64,000 bases of DNA from a virus (lineage: Duplodnaviria > Heunggongvirae > Uroviricota > Caudoviricetes). Positions within the stretch are counted from its first letter, which is position 1; each line of letters starts with the position of its first letter. The translations under genes were made by a program, and so were the position numbers. The notes under the pieces are model-generated. The model did not search any database. It was not told where the DNA came from and saw only the letters and a program-made list of their open reading frames with translations. Location of the stretch: IMG/VR virus record IMGVR_UViG_3300029305_003072. One strand, 5' to 3'. Of the stretch, positions 30,283 through 40,467 are shown piece by piece.

Positions 30283-32616
30283 TTAGAGCTTCTTGGTATA
30301 ATCCAAGTGAATCCAGCCTGCGCCAGACTTTAATTTACCCCACTTGCCATCTTCAGCTACAATAGTGAAAACTCCACCATTTTTAATCTGAGTGGTAATT
30401 GGAGAAGAGGTAGTTGCCTTCTGGCGGACATTTAATACATCAGCAGTAACTTTTACCAAATAAGGAGTAAAAGTAGAACCACCGCTATTAGTACCTTCAA
30501 TTACTGTGTCATAGGGAACTACAAACTTAGGAGCAACAACACCAGTTACGGCACCTGTTTTTTGGGTAGAGAATACATAACTACCAGTATTAGCACGGAT
30601 TTCTCTCAAATATAATTTAGATTTGAACACCCAGTTAGGAATTGCTTTACCAGAAGTGTAAGTTGCACCAGGCAACAGCTTAATAGCATCGCCAACTTTT
30701 AAAGTATTAGTTGGAGTTTCAGGAGTTGGTTTTACAACAACAGCAGATTCAGGATAAACAACAAAACCATTGCCATCAAATACAAAATAGTCTTTACCAG
30801 CCTTATCACAAGCAGCCTTTGCATTACTTAATTTAGTATATGCACCAATTTGAGACTTAGCATCAGCCCAACTCTTACGTACACGATATAGCTGAGTTAC
30901 TACTTCTGGCTCATCCTCTTCTTCTGGAGGAGTAATTTGAGAAGTACTTCCCATTAAAGCGGCAACGTCATTGCGGACATCATCCATAGTTTTACCGTAT
31001 TTCTTAAACCAATGTAATACATCTCCGTGATTAGAACCCAATCCTAATTTATGAGAATCAGCATGACATAAAATAACAGGAACAGTTGCTCCAGCATAAC
31101 TTACAGTGCCTTTTGGGTCTAATCCATACATTTTGCATAGATAAGCAGTAATTTCACAAGCTTCTTTATAAGTCTCTTCAAAATAAGCCTTACTTGTCAA
31201 GCTATCTTCACAAATTTCAAATTGAATCCAACCATTATTACAAGAACCACGAGAACCAGAACCACAACCCCAAGGCTTATAATCCCAAGGCATAGTTTGA
31301 ACAGTAGTTACTGTACCATCAGCTAATTTACCAATCCAGCAGTTTAATCCTGCTTGTACAGATACATGGTTCCAGTCGTTTTTATAAGTATTAGTTCCTA
31401 ATAGTTTTAACATGGCTGCTTTGTCAGAAGCATTATCGCTTGGCTGAACATAGCGTTTTAAATTAGGATTATTAGCACCAGTAGAGTGCCACAGTACACC
31501 CTTAACAGTCATTTTAGATGTGCCCTTGTAGCAAGTGCTCTGTGTCTGCATACATACAAGGGGCTTATTAGATGCGGAATATTTCATCTTACCAGTTCCT
31601 CCTTGACTTGGTACTGTTGGAGCCACAACAGTATCGTTAACATGATATTTATTATAGTATCCCTGTCCAAAAGAGGCTCGTTTATTTTGTACAGCGGTAC
31701 TTTGGTCAGCAGGACGCTCAAACTTCAACAATACTGCATTAGATGCTTCTAAAACAGATTTTGCTGATTTTAGAACTTCCCAAACTGAACTCTTATAACT
31801 TGTAGTTAATTCATGAACTAAAAACTCTAATTGAGTATTTAAATCACCAATTGACTTACCTTTTTTAGTATGGAAGGTTAACATATTTTGTTTGCGGGAG
31901 TAATAAGTCCATTGAGCTAGACCATATCCAGCACTATCATTTACGAAATTCTTATAAATTTTTTGGTCAACTGCGGCAGTGTATTCAGCATCAGTATATC
32001 CAAGTTTCTTTTCATAAGTATTTTGTAAATTAGTTGGTTTTAATCCAGATTCAGCATATAAATTACCCATTAATCCAGCAATACCATAATCATTTAATCC
32101 TTGAGATTTTAAGAAATCCCAAATAACTTTTGGGTCAGCAGCTTTATCTACAATTTTACTTGTATCAATAGTAGGAGTGGTATCTTCTTCCACAAAGCTT
32201 CCACCAAAAGTTTTTACATTACTTGCGCCACCATCATACCAAAAGTATTTAGATGTACGAGTATCAACATGAACACCCCAGCTATAAACACCGATACCCA
32301 ACATACCGATATGTTCAGCATATTGAGCGATTTCTAATGGGGTTACTCCATCAATTCTAATATCTGCGGCTTCGCCGTCCATATGATTGGACTTGGATGC
32401 GCCACCAACATTAGCGTTGTGGGTCTTACATCTAAAACCACTATTGATATGCACTGATTTACCAAAATGATTTCTGATTTTTTGGAGATATTTAACCAAA
32501 TTTTCATCAACTAAAGTTGAAGAGCAACAACCAGAGCCATGACAGTCAAATTCAGTAGATTTAAAATTTGTACTCAATTGAGTAGCAGTTCCCTTTTTAT
32601 AGGTTTTAATCGCCAT
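30283..32616 (-). CDS. Multidomain peptidoglycan hydrolase (M15 peptidase + lysozyme-like + SH3b-like), 777 aa
   Basis: HINSGFRCKTHN...NHMDGEAAD is an M15/VanY-like peptidase. GLMGNLYAESGL...GYGLAQWT is the phage lysozyme family. The C-terminal beta-rich region is SH3b-like. Confidence 0.7.
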   Translation of the reverse strand: MAIKTYKKGTATQLSTNFKSTEFDCHGSGCCSSTLVDENLVKYLQKIRNHFGKSVHINSGFRCKTHNANVGGASKSNHMDGEAADIRIDGVTPLEIAQYAEHIGMLGIGVYSWGVHVDTRTSKYFWYDGGASNVKTFGGSFVEEDTTPTIDTSKIVDKAADPKVIWDFLKSQGLNDYGIAGLMGNLYAESGLKPTNLQNTYEKKLGYTDAEYTAAVDQKIYKNFVNDSAGYGLAQWTYYSRKQNMLTFHTKKGKSIGDLNTQLEFLVHELTTSYKSSVWEVLKSAKSVLEASNAVLLKFERPADQSTAVQNKRASFGQGYYNKYHVNDTVVAPTVPSQGGTGKMKYSASNKPLVCMQTQSTCYKGTSKMTVKGVLWHSTGANNPNLKRYVQPSDNASDKAAMLKLLGTNTYKNDWNHVSVQAGLNCWIGKLADGTVTTVQTMPWDYKPWGCGSGSRGSCNNGWIQFEICEDSLTSKAYFEETYKEACEITAYLCKMYGLDPKGTVSYAGATVPVILCHADSHKLGLGSNHGDVLHWFKKYGKTMDDVRNDVAALMGSTSQITPPEEEDEPEVVTQLYRVRKSWADAKSQIGAYTKLSNAKAACDKAGKDYFVFDGNGFVVYPESAVVVKPTPETPTNTLKVGDAIKLLPGATYTSGKAIPNWVFKSKLYLREIRANTGSYVFSTQKTGAVTGVVAPKFVVPYDTVIEGTNSGGSTFTPYLVKVTADVLNVRQKATTSSPITTQIKNGGVFTIVAEDGKWGKLKSGAGWIHLDYTKKL

Positions 32617-32644
32617 TTATTTCTCTCCTTTCCAAATTTTCATA

Positions 32645-32675
32645 TGAAAAAACCCTGGCGAAAAATTCGCCAGGG
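32645..32675 (-). terminator. Rho-independent terminator after phoH
   Basis: Stem ccctggcgaa/ttcgccaggg followed by a T-run. Confidence 0.7.
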
Positions 32676-32691
32676 CGCAACATATATTAAG

Positions 32692-33942
32692 TTACATTTT
32701 TTCAGCAATTTGTGCAATACGAGAACGATGAATATTTTTCAAAGTAATCTCGCCATACACATCTTCGCCTCGATATACTTGAGAGGCTCTACGCATACCG
32801 TTATTACTTCCAGAGAAGTGAATATCGTCAACCTATGTCTTACAGTCACCATCAATAATACAGATACTATCTTCGCCAATACGCTGTAAAGTCAATTTCA
32901 TTAACTCCACATCCATATTTTGTGCTTCTGAAATATAAATACCAGCGCACATACCAGATGTATCGTATCCACGAATGTCAGACAAAGGTAATAAAACTAA
33001 TTTTTCTTGCTGAATCATTTGTTCAACAGCAAGTCTTCCACCAAATTTACTAATTAATAGATTACCGATTTGAGAGTCTAAAAGCTTTTCATCTCGTGTG
33101 CCAGGGTAATATCCTAATTTAGCAGAATTCTTAGTGGCAACAGTATTACAGAACACAATGATTCTATCAATCTTATTTCTCTCCAGTTTGTGCATCAAGA
33201 AGGCCAGACTCAAGAATGTTTTACCGGAACCCGCAGGTCCTTTAACTAAGGTAATCTTGTTATTCATCAAGCTATCGGCCGCAAGTGACTGGTAAACGTC
33301 TCCCTTCATGGGTTTAACGTCTCCGAACCAGCGAGAATTAAAACTGTTATAACTCAAATGTCTATATCCATTACCTGTCCAGCATAGTCGGTCCACGCAT
33401 TCGCCATCAGTATTATATACCAACAAGTATTCATTAATATGTAGGTCATATAGATTGGCTTCTGGATTGGAATAAAATTCAGTCATTCCATCTTCATCCA
33501 AGAATACTTCTTTATAACCATCATAATTATATTCCTCCTCAACAACCTTTTCAGTTGTGAAATACATACTTGCGATATGACGGCAGATTAAGTCATTAGT
33601 TACAAAGATAACTTCATCTTCTGGATGTGTGGCTGCAAAATGACGAGCGCAAGCGATGATTTTGGCGTCGTTAGTTAGGCTGATACCATCTTTAAGCATT
33701 TTCTCGCCATATAGGTCATTGTAAAGAACAATTTCAAATGAGCCATAGTGTTCGTCGAGGTCAGTTAGAACTTTGCGGGCCGCAAACTTCACATCGGCGT
33801 CTTTGTTGGAAGCGGTTTTAATATGCTCCAATTCTTCTAAAGTAATTGAAGTAATTACTAAAGCGTACTCGTCAGATGTGAATAAATGCCCAGCTTGTTC
33901 TAAAAGACTACAAGTGTCATAGCATTTAAACTTCATCTTCAT
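32692..33942 (-). CDS. phoH: PIN-PhoH (PhoH2-like) ATPase, 416 aa, with one in-frame TAG
   Basis: N-terminal PIN domain, then Walker A GPAGSGKTF. IIDGDCKT*VDD aligns to the PhoH signature GDxTQxDLP with the TAG at the conserved Gln. Stop is TAA at 32692-32694. Confidence 0.7.
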
Positions 33943-34180
33943 TCTCCTCTTCGTCGTAATCTTCTGGGTCAGGCATGCGGAAACCGATTGGTCTACGAGG
34001 TGGGTCCTCTTCCGCAGAGGCGGCTGCCTAACGCATTTTAATATTGGTTTGGTTTATAATCTCACTTTGTTTGGCTTTTTTTGCTTCAACCCAAGTTAAA
34101 AACCAAGCTGAAAGTCCATCCAGCAAAGGAATAACATAAGTTACAAAAATAATACCAAGGATAAAATATAATAACTCCAT
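33926..34180 (-). CDS. Small membrane protein, 84 aa, with one in-frame TAG
   Basis: MELLYFILGIIFVTYVIPLL TM helix. TAG at 34030-34032. The 3-prime end overlaps the phoH start. Confidence 0.4.
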
Positions 34181-34223
34181 GTATATCTCCTCCCTACCAA
34201 ATATAAGAATTAGGGATTATGAA

Positions 34224-34652
34224 TTACTGGCTTTTGGCCCGAAGTCTTTTATATAGTTTGTCCTTTCCTTCAATATAATCTTTAATAAACTTTTGTTCGT
34301 CAGCTATATCGTTGTTAATTGCAGCTAATTCTTTTTCAATCACGCGAATCTAACTACGCATCATTTTCGCTTCGTAAGAATAAGCATTATGATGGGTACT
34401 GGACCTCATGTTATCATATAGGTGCTTTAAAATTTTTAACTGAGGTTTAATCTCACAATCGCGGATATGACGCAATACTTTAATATTGGCACGAGATTCA
34501 GCCAATGTTAGACCAACTCGTTCACTTTCAAAATCTAAATCGTCGGGATGACAAGTTGCTTCACCGACAAAACGATAACCATTATATTCAATAATATATA
34601 CGGCACTTCCATTAACATAGCCGTAATTGGGTTCTTTTGTAAAAGATTGCAT
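34224..34652 (-). CDS. Hypothetical protein, 142 aa, with one in-frame TAG
   Basis: ORF 34350..34652 ends on TAG and continues in frame to TAA at 34224-34226. A consensus promoter sits upstream. Confidence 0.4.
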
Positions 34653-34684
34653 AGGATTTCTCCTCCTTATTTAAATTATAATAA

Positions 34685-34713
34685 ATTATACCCAAAAAAT
34701 ATGGAAAAGTCAA
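34685..34713 (-). promoter_or_regulatory. Promoter TTGACT-N17-TATAAT
   Basis: Upstream of gene 34224..34652. Confidence 0.55.
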
Positions 34714-34833
34714 TTAGTGGCATTTTGGAGAAAAAATTTGTATAGGCGGTCGGAATTCCAAACTCGGAGCCGAACGAGAACCACGACAAATAGCCCCAGG
34801 AATTTCTTCCTGGGGCTAGAATTTATTCACTTA

Positions 34834-36342
34834 TTAGCTGTTGTTGTCGGCAATCTTGGCGCCAATCATACCACTGATGACAGACATGGGGTCTACACCA
34901 GTTGCGCCCTTGAAGCCTTCGATAATCTGGGTCATGTTACCCATCATGTTGCCAGCCAGCTGACCGGAATCGTTACCAATCAGGTGGATGTCAGCACCGG
35001 CGTAACCCTTACCGATAGCTTCGGCAATTGCAGGCAGCTGCTCATACAGCACCTTAACTGCATCCAGTTCCATCTGCTGCTTAGCGGCGTCGCCGTACTG
35101 CTTCAGAGCTTCAGCCTTCTCCAGCATACCCTTTGCTTCAGCCTCAGCCTTAGCACGGATAGCCTCTGCTTCTGCCAGACCCTTTGCCTGTTCAGCAGCA
35201 GCTTCTGCTTCACCCTGTGCCTTGATAGCGGCAGCCAGTGCCTTCTTAGCTTCTGCCTCAGCAGTAGCCAGAGCCAGGTCAGCCGCAGCCTTCTTTTCAG
35301 CCTCGATACGAGCAGCTTCAGCCAGCTTCTCACGCTCATACAGGTCAGCTTCCGCAGCCTTCTGAGCGGCGTATGCCTTAGCATCAGCAACCTGCTGTGC
35401 AGCGTACTTGTCAGCGTCAGCCTTCTTCTTAATCTCAGCTTCCAGCTTACGCTCGGTGATAGCAACCTCGCGCTCCTTCAGCTCGATTTCCTTCTCCTGA
35501 CGAGCCAGGTTTGCGTTTGCCACAGCGATTTCGTGTTCCTTACGCTGGTGCTCGGCCTCGATAGCCTTAGCAGCGTCAGCCTTTGCCTGAGCGGTGTCAG
35601 CCTGCTCCTGCATGGCTGCCTTTTCAACAGCGAACTCGGTCTGCTTCTTAGCAATCTCGGTAGCAGCCTTGACCTTTGCGTCGTTAGCTGCCTTGTCGTT
35701 CTCAGCCTCGGCAACGGCGATTTCACGCTGAGCATTGGACTTCGCAATGGCAGCGCCCTTACGAATCTGCTCGACGTTGTCGATACCAAGGTTGTCAATT
35801 ACGCCACCCTCGTCGGAGAAGTTCTGAACATTGAAGGATACCAGTTCCAGACCGAACTTAGCCAGGTCAGGAACGACGTTTGCCTGAACCTTATCAGAGA
35901 ATGCCTTACGGTCAGAAACCATTTCAGTCAGCTTCATCTGACCAACGATTTCACGCACATTACCTTCCAGAAGGTCATTAATCTTGGCACCAATGGTATC
36001 TCGATTGATGTTCAGGAAGTTCTGAGCGGCAAGAGCAATCATTTCATCGGAACGGCCAACACGAACAGCAACAGTAGAGTCAACACGGACGTTGATATAC
36101 TCGGCGGTAGGAACCGCAGTCTTGGTCTTTACGTCAATCTGAATCGCACCAAGAGACAGCTTATCAAGACGCTCGAAGAAAGGAATCTTGATGCCGGCCT
36201 GGCCAATCAGGATACGGGGCTTCTTGCGGACACCGGAAATGATATAAGCCATATCAGGGGGTGCCTTGGTATAACCAGAAGCAAGCAGGATGATGACTGC
36301 CAGAGCAATCAGTGCGGGAACAATCAGACTAAGAATTTCCAT
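34834..36342 (-). CDS. SPFH/band-7 (flotillin-like) protein with a long Ala/Glu/Lys-rich coiled coil, 502 aa
   Basis: N-terminal TM, SPFH core, and a C-terminal EA-repeat coiled coil. The antisense +strand ORF 34717..36411 is an artefact of low-complexity codons. Confidence 0.75.
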   Translation of the reverse strand: MEILSLIVPALIALAVIILLASGYTKAPPDMAYIISGVRKKPRILIGQAGIKIPFFERLDKLSLGAIQIDVKTKTAVPTAEYINVRVDSTVAVRVGRSDEMIALAAQNFLNINRDTIGAKINDLLEGNVREIVGQMKLTEMVSDRKAFSDKVQANVVPDLAKFGLELVSFNVQNFSDEGGVIDNLGIDNVEQIRKGAAIAKSNAQREIAVAEAENDKAANDAKVKAATEIAKKQTEFAVEKAAMQEQADTAQAKADAAKAIEAEHQRKEHEIAVANANLARQEKEIELKEREVAITERKLEAEIKKKADADKYAAQQVADAKAYAAQKAAEADLYEREKLAEAARIEAEKKAAADLALATAEAEAKKALAAAIKAQGEAEAAAEQAKGLAEAEAIRAKAEAEAKGMLEKAEALKQYGDAAKQQMELDAVKVLYEQLPAIAEAIGKGYAGADIHLIGNDSGQLAGNMMGNMTQIIEGFKGATGVDPMSVISGMIGAKIADNNS

Positions 36343-36381
36343 TTGTTGTTTCTCCTTTTACTCATTAAAATATATATTTTT

Positions 36382-36591
36382 TCAAGGTTCATAACCGAGT
36401 TTTTTGAGTAAATCAATTAACTCGGCTCGCTCTTGTAAGAGCCGTTTTGTTTGCTCCCAAGAGATAAAGTAATCTCTCAAAGCATAATCAATTTCAGTCA
36501 GTCTTTTGAAAATTTCTAAAGCTGACTTTTCTTCATGAGGTAGCATTGTCCATCTTGTTGTCAACAGTGCCACTCCACTTTCACAAGCCAA
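36382..36591 (-). CDS. Hypothetical protein, 69 aa
   Basis: ORF only. Confidence 0.3.
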   Translation of the reverse strand: MACESGVALLTTRWTMLPHEEKSALEIFKRLTEIDYALRDYFISWEQTKRLLQERAELIDLLKKLGYEP

Positions 36592-36830
36592 AAGATTTTT
36601 CGTCCATCGCGATATCTTACCGCGTGGTCATCATACCAGCCATTATCCATTTTTTCGATGGCTTTTTCGGCTTCTTCTCTGTTTTTATAAACAGGTTCTT
36701 TATGGAACTTTAGGTTTCCATGATATCCACTTGTTTCTTGCGGGTCATAAGCGAAGCTATTTAATTCTTTCAGAATTGCTTTTTCACTTACTGAACAGTG
36801 ATAGTCTAGGTGTCGGATTGCGTGACTCAT
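36561..36830 (-). CDS. Hypothetical protein (start MSHAIRHL with an AAAGGAGG RBS)
   Basis: The RBS-supported internal start is at 36830; the longer track ORF is probably over-extended. Confidence 0.35.
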   Translation of the reverse strand: MSHAIRHLDYHCSVSEKAILKELNSFAYDPQETSGYHGNLKFHKEPVYKNREEAEKAIEKMDNGWYDDHAVRYRDGRKIFWLVKVEWHC

Positions 36831-36970
36831 GTCATTTCCTCCTTTCACCCATAATATCCGCCGTCGGGAGCATCTCTTTTGTAAGAAGGACAGGGAAACT
36901 CTTTTAGAAGACCCCTCGTCGCACATCCTACTTCATAGACGCACTTCGCACATTTGGTTTCTTGTTCAGC

Positions 36971-37558
36971 CTAAAGCATCGCAAGACACTTGGCGGTTTC
37001 TTCTCTCATCATTTCAATTGCATCATCCAAGAGGATAGGAGTGCAATTATTGGAGTCCATGCCCACATGGAACATATAAGGCATATCCTCATAAAATCTC
37101 TTCTGTTGATGAGTATGACCGAAGAGATTGATTAGATGCATTCTCAAATAAGGAGCTTTCTCCAAATTGGAAGTCATTGTAGGATGGTGGCTCAAATAGA
37201 AGTTGTACTTCTTGTACTTCATCATAGCCGCCGCAGGCTGAAGACCATTTGCAAGAGGCTCCAGCACAGTCACATTGGGCAACTGCTTATACAACTCAAT
37301 GCGGGCCGCAGTATCGTGGTTGCCAGGGATGATGGTAATGTGACCATTCAATCTCTTCAAGCAACTAATACCATGAGCATTGTCATTAAGCATTACATCG
37401 CCCAAATGGAAAACTTCATCTTCGGGATTGACCACAGAGTTCCATCTTCGGATTACCTCTTCATCATGCTCCTGGATGGAGGTGAAGCCACGAGGTCCGT
37501 AGAGGAATTCTCGGTCATGACCGAAGTGAGTATCACTCGTTACAAAAGTTCTACTCAT
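36971..37558 (-). CDS. Calcineurin-like metallophosphoesterase (probable phosphatase partner of the Pnk kinase)
   Basis: DTHFGH...GDVMLNDNAH...GNHD motifs. The start overlaps the kinase stop (ATGA coupling). Confidence 0.65.
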   Translation of the reverse strand: MSRTFVTSDTHFGHDREFLYGPRGFTSIQEHDEEVIRRWNSVVNPEDEVFHLGDVMLNDNAHGISCLKRLNGHITIIPGNHDTAARIELYKQLPNVTVLEPLANGLQPAAAMMKYKKYNFYLSHHPTMTSNLEKAPYLRMHLINLFGHTHQQKRFYEDMPYMFHVGMDSNNCTPILLDDAIEMMREETAKCLAML

Positions 37559-38100
37559 ACATTTACCTCCTTTGTGACACCCTCTGCGTTAACCGCGTAG
37601 ACGTGGGTGAAACCCTCTTCCGCAGTGGGATACGCAAAGGACTTAAACATATTATCAATCGCACTCACGGGAACTCTTGCTCGACCGGAGCGGAGTGAAT
37701 TTCTTGCCTGGCAAAGCTCACGAGGCGTTGTGAAACACACACAGTTAAGCTCACCAATATTATTTTTCTTGACTCGATTAAGAGTTTTGTTACGAGAACG
37801 CTTATTCAAATGAGTAGCGTCGATGTAAATAGTGTGAATATCTTCTCTTTCAAGGGTCTGATTGATGTAGTTAATGAAAGTGTCGAATACTTCATCCTCA
37901 TGGGAGAAATACTCTTCATCTTCACCAACAATGGCAAATCTCACATTGTCGCGAGAAATCCATTCAGAACCAGGCGTAATATTCGCACGCACCCACGTGG
38001 ACTTACCCGACGCAGGAGGCCCCGACAAAAGATAAACTTTCTTTAGCTTCATCCTTATACACCCCATTAGCAAAATTTTCACGAAACTCTTCAACTTCAT
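37555..38100 (-). CDS. P-loop polynucleotide 5-prime-kinase-like protein
   Basis: LLSGPPASGKSTW Walker A, small size, and T4-Pnk-kinase-like order of motifs. Confidence 0.55.
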   Translation of the reverse strand: MKLKSFVKILLMGCIRMKLKKVYLLSGPPASGKSTWVRANITPGSEWISRDNVRFAIVGEDEEYFSHEDEVFDTFINYINQTLEREDIHTIYIDATHLNKRSRNKTLNRVKKNNIGELNCVCFTTPRELCQARNSLRSGRARVPVSAIDNMFKSFAYPTAEEGFTHVYAVNAEGVTKEVNV

Positions 38101-38269
38101 CGAATGTCTTACACTCGATATGATTTACTTCGCATTTGCAGTGAACACAGTAGAGTTTCTTTCGGTGCATCCCCTCGTGCTTGAAACCTTGCTTACGCAT
38201 CAAGGGGATGCCCTTATTACCGCAGTTAATACAGTAAAAACTATGTTCTGCATAGCCCCTGCGGGCCAT
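38003..38269 (-). CDS. Zn-ribbon protein, 88 aa
   Basis: CINCGNKG...CVHCKC. Confidence 0.35.
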   Translation of the reverse strand: MARRGYAEHSFYCINCGNKGIPLMRKQGFKHEGMHRKKLYCVHCKCEVNHIECKTFDEVEEFRENFANGVYKDEAKESLSFVGASCVG

Positions 38270-38511
38270 TAAGACTTACTCCTTACAGTCACAGTATGAC
38301 CGAACAGGATATGGCACAGCCACTGGAGACCAAAAGCCTGCCAGTAACCAATCACCGGGAGTCCAAACAGACTCACAGCAATCCAGTTCCACAGCCACAT
38401 CGTAATAGCAGGACCCAGGAACAACAGGGCAATCAGACCGATGATGATGAGAATTGCGGCACCGCAACCAATTTCATCATGACTTGACCAAGCATTTCTA
38501 CTCATTTTCAT
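38269..38511 (-). CDS. Small membrane protein
   Basis: Two TM segments, with a promoter upstream. Confidence 0.35.
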   Translation of the reverse strand: MKMSRNAWSSHDEIGCGAAILIIIGLIALLFLGPAITMWLWNWIAVSLFGLPVIGYWQAFGLQWLCHILFGHTVTVRSKS

Positions 38512-38538
38512 TTCATTCCTTTCTTTATCTTACATATA

Positions 38539-38567
38539 TATTATATCATATTTTTTTATAAAAATCA
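38539..38567 (-). promoter_or_regulatory. Promoter cassette TTGATTTTTATAAAAAAATATGATATAAT
   Basis: Member of the near-identical 34-bp cassette family. Confidence 0.65.
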
Positions 38568-38568
38568 A

Positions 38569-39285
38569 TTAAGACAAATAGGGGTCAGAGCAGAAGACCT
38601 CTTCATCCCAAGTATCCAGGTTCAACAGAACACAGTAGCCAGTAAAGACGGCGCCGCAATCAATGCAGCATTTCTTTCCACCAGCGTACCAAAGTGCACC
38701 AGGTTCGATTTCTCCCATGCGGCAAGCAGGGTCAATATCTTCCAAAAGATATGGAATTGGAGTGTGTCCGTGAACAATAATCGCCTTTTGGAAGATTTCA
38801 TCTTCGGGCCAGGGGTCAAGGAAATGGTCTCTATCCCAAATTAAATCTTCAGTCCACACCCAGCGCATTTGACCTTGGTGGTCAGTTTGTGGAGTGAAAC
38901 CAGCATGAGAGAGATATACAGTTTCACCTTGTGTGTTGACATATGTTGCCTTATCAGGCAGTCCAGCAAGGCGGCCTTTCCAATTTTGCCAATCAGGCTC
39001 TTCCATAGCTTCCTCAAAGGTTTTCTTACCTCCGTTGCTACGAAGCAAAGCAAATGCAGAGCCATAGCCACGGCCCATTGCTTTAACTAGCATATCTTCA
39101 TGGTTGCCTTTTAAATAAATAAATTGGGGGTCATCAAGAATGGTTTTGATGCATTCCCAAGGGTGCGGTCCGCGGTCACCAGCGTCACCAAGGAAGTAAA
39201 CTACATCTTCTGGCTGAAGCATATCCTTAATAGCCTTATAGAAGTGTAGCATACCATGTAAATCAGAACAAGCATATACAGCCAT
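38569..39285 (-). CDS. PPP-family Ser/Thr protein phosphatase (lambda-PPase-like)
   Basis: GDLHG-like DLHG, GDAGDRG, GNHE and GHTP motifs. The start at 39285 has an AGGAGG RBS and overlaps the upstream stop (TAATG). Confidence 0.75.
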   Translation of the reverse strand: MAVYACSDLHGMLHFYKAIKDMLQPEDVVYFLGDAGDRGPHPWECIKTILDDPQFIYLKGNHEDMLVKAMGRGYGSAFALLRSNGGKKTFEEAMEEPDWQNWKGRLAGLPDKATYVNTQGETVYLSHAGFTPQTDHQGQMRWVWTEDLIWDRDHFLDPWPEDEIFQKAIIVHGHTPIPYLLEDIDPACRMGEIEPGALWYAGGKKCCIDCGAVFTGYCVLLNLDTWDEEVFCSDPYLS

Positions 39286-39506
39286 TATTTTACCTCCTTC
39301 TCTGGAATTAATACGAACATATAGCCCGTACATTTAGGAGGTTCACCCTCCTTAATCATTTTTGCAAGACTTTTTTCAAGGGATTCGATAGTTGTTTGCA
39401 TATATTCATGACCCTTTTCGTAGCCTGTAATCGCTGCGAAAGGAGGGTTATTAATTGGCATTTTCATACCATCTATAAAAATATATCCCTTAATTCCAAA
39501 CATCAA
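39285..39506 (-). CDS. Hypothetical protein, 73 aa
   Basis: ORF only. Confidence 0.3.
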   Translation of the reverse strand: MMFGIKGYIFIDGMKMPINNPPFAAITGYEKGHEYMQTTIESLEKSLAKMIKEGEPPKCTGYMFVLIPEKEVK

Positions 39507-40081
39507 CCTTTCGCCTCGCTTAAATAGTTTCTAATTTCTTCTCGATAATTATAAACATATCGAGGAACAAGTTTTTCAATCATCGGGTCGCTATTAGGCA
39601 TCTGAAAAGCCTGGCGAACCAATGTTGCACTAATACCTTCGAATCTATCAAGAAATTTAAATCGAAGTAACCATCTTTCATCTTGGGCAAACCAACCGAG
39701 CATAATACGGGGGTCATCACTGTAATAGATAGTCATATCAGAATCTTTGGTTTTACTAAACATCTTGATATAAAGATATCGGCCCCATGCGTGGCTATTG
39801 TCAGCTTCATCAGTCATATCAGCTAAAGGAAAAATATGAATATATTTCATTTGTTCTGTTGTAAAATGTTCGTGAAGAGAGCCTTCCAAAAGCATGATAC
39901 GAAAATCAATGGGTAGAGGATTGCGGACAGTGCCGCTCTTATCGGCAGAGCCAACGAAGATATAAAGGTCGCAATTATTTGCGGCGCAATCTTCATAAGC
40001 CTTTTGAACCATATTTAAATGTCCTCTATGAAAAGGCTGTGCTCTAAATAAAATAACACCTGTCATAATAATTCTCCTCAC
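39503..40081 (-). CDS. Nicotinamide-nucleotide adenylyltransferase (NadM-type cytidylyltransferase fold)
   Basis: GVILFRAQPFHRGHLNMV carries the (H/T)xGH motif. Size is about 190 aa. Confidence 0.7.
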   Translation of the reverse strand: MRRIIMTGVILFRAQPFHRGHLNMVQKAYEDCAANNCDLYIFVGSADKSGTVRNPLPIDFRIMLLEGSLHEHFTTEQMKYIHIFPLADMTDEADNSHAWGRYLYIKMFSKTKDSDMTIYYSDDPRIMLGWFAQDERWLLRFKFLDRFEGISATLVRQAFQMPNSDPMIEKLVPRYVYNYREEIRNYLSEAKG

Positions 40082-40395
40082 TTAATCACTAAATCTTTTG
40101 CTTCTTCTTGAGTGATACCGAAATAGTCTTCAAAAATTTCCATATCACCAGGGTCACAAGCCCCAGAACAGATACATTTTCCCTCATGCAACACCCAATA
40201 CCACATACCATCGGGGTATTTAATTAAATGCTCTATTAAAGCAAAAAAATCTTTAATATTGGGACAACCATATACAGCAACTAAACCCTCACCGGTAAAT
40301 TCATCTGTGAAATAAATATAAGGGTCTGCTACGACACGGTCTCGAATTTTATCTGTAAAAGCTACAATGATAGGAGCATCAATATTCACAGTCAT
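40078..40395 (-). CDS. Hypothetical protein, 105 aa
   Basis: ORF with a promoter upstream. Confidence 0.3.
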   Translation of the reverse strand: MTVNIDAPIIVAFTDKIRDRVVADPYIYFTDEFTGEGLVAVYGCPNIKDFFALIEHLIKYPDGMWYWVLHEGKCICSGACDPGDMEIFEDYFGITQEEAKDLVIK

Positions 40396-40428
40396 TTATA
40401 TCAATTCCTTTCTTAACTTTATATATAT

Positions 40429-40457
40429 ATTATAACATATTTTTTAATAAAAATCAA
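40429..40457 (-). promoter_or_regulatory. Promoter cassette (TTGATT-N17-TATAAT)
   Basis: Member of the conserved cassette family. Confidence 0.65.
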
Positions 40458-40467
40458 AGAGGAAGCA

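Noticed and set aside
1664-34652. In-frame TAGs explained as pseudogenes or sequencing errors
   Set aside because: The interruptions are always TAG, never TAA, TGA or frameshifts. Frames stay intact across full conserved domains. Two TAGs fall exactly on invariant Gln residues (PhoH, DHFR). This fits recoding, not decay.
34717-36411. 564-aa ORF on the plus strand
   Set aside because: It is exactly antisense to the SPFH/flotillin gene. The product is a Leu/Ser low-complexity string with no RBS or promoter. It is an artefact of the Ala/Glu/Lys-rich coiled-coil codons on the sense strand.
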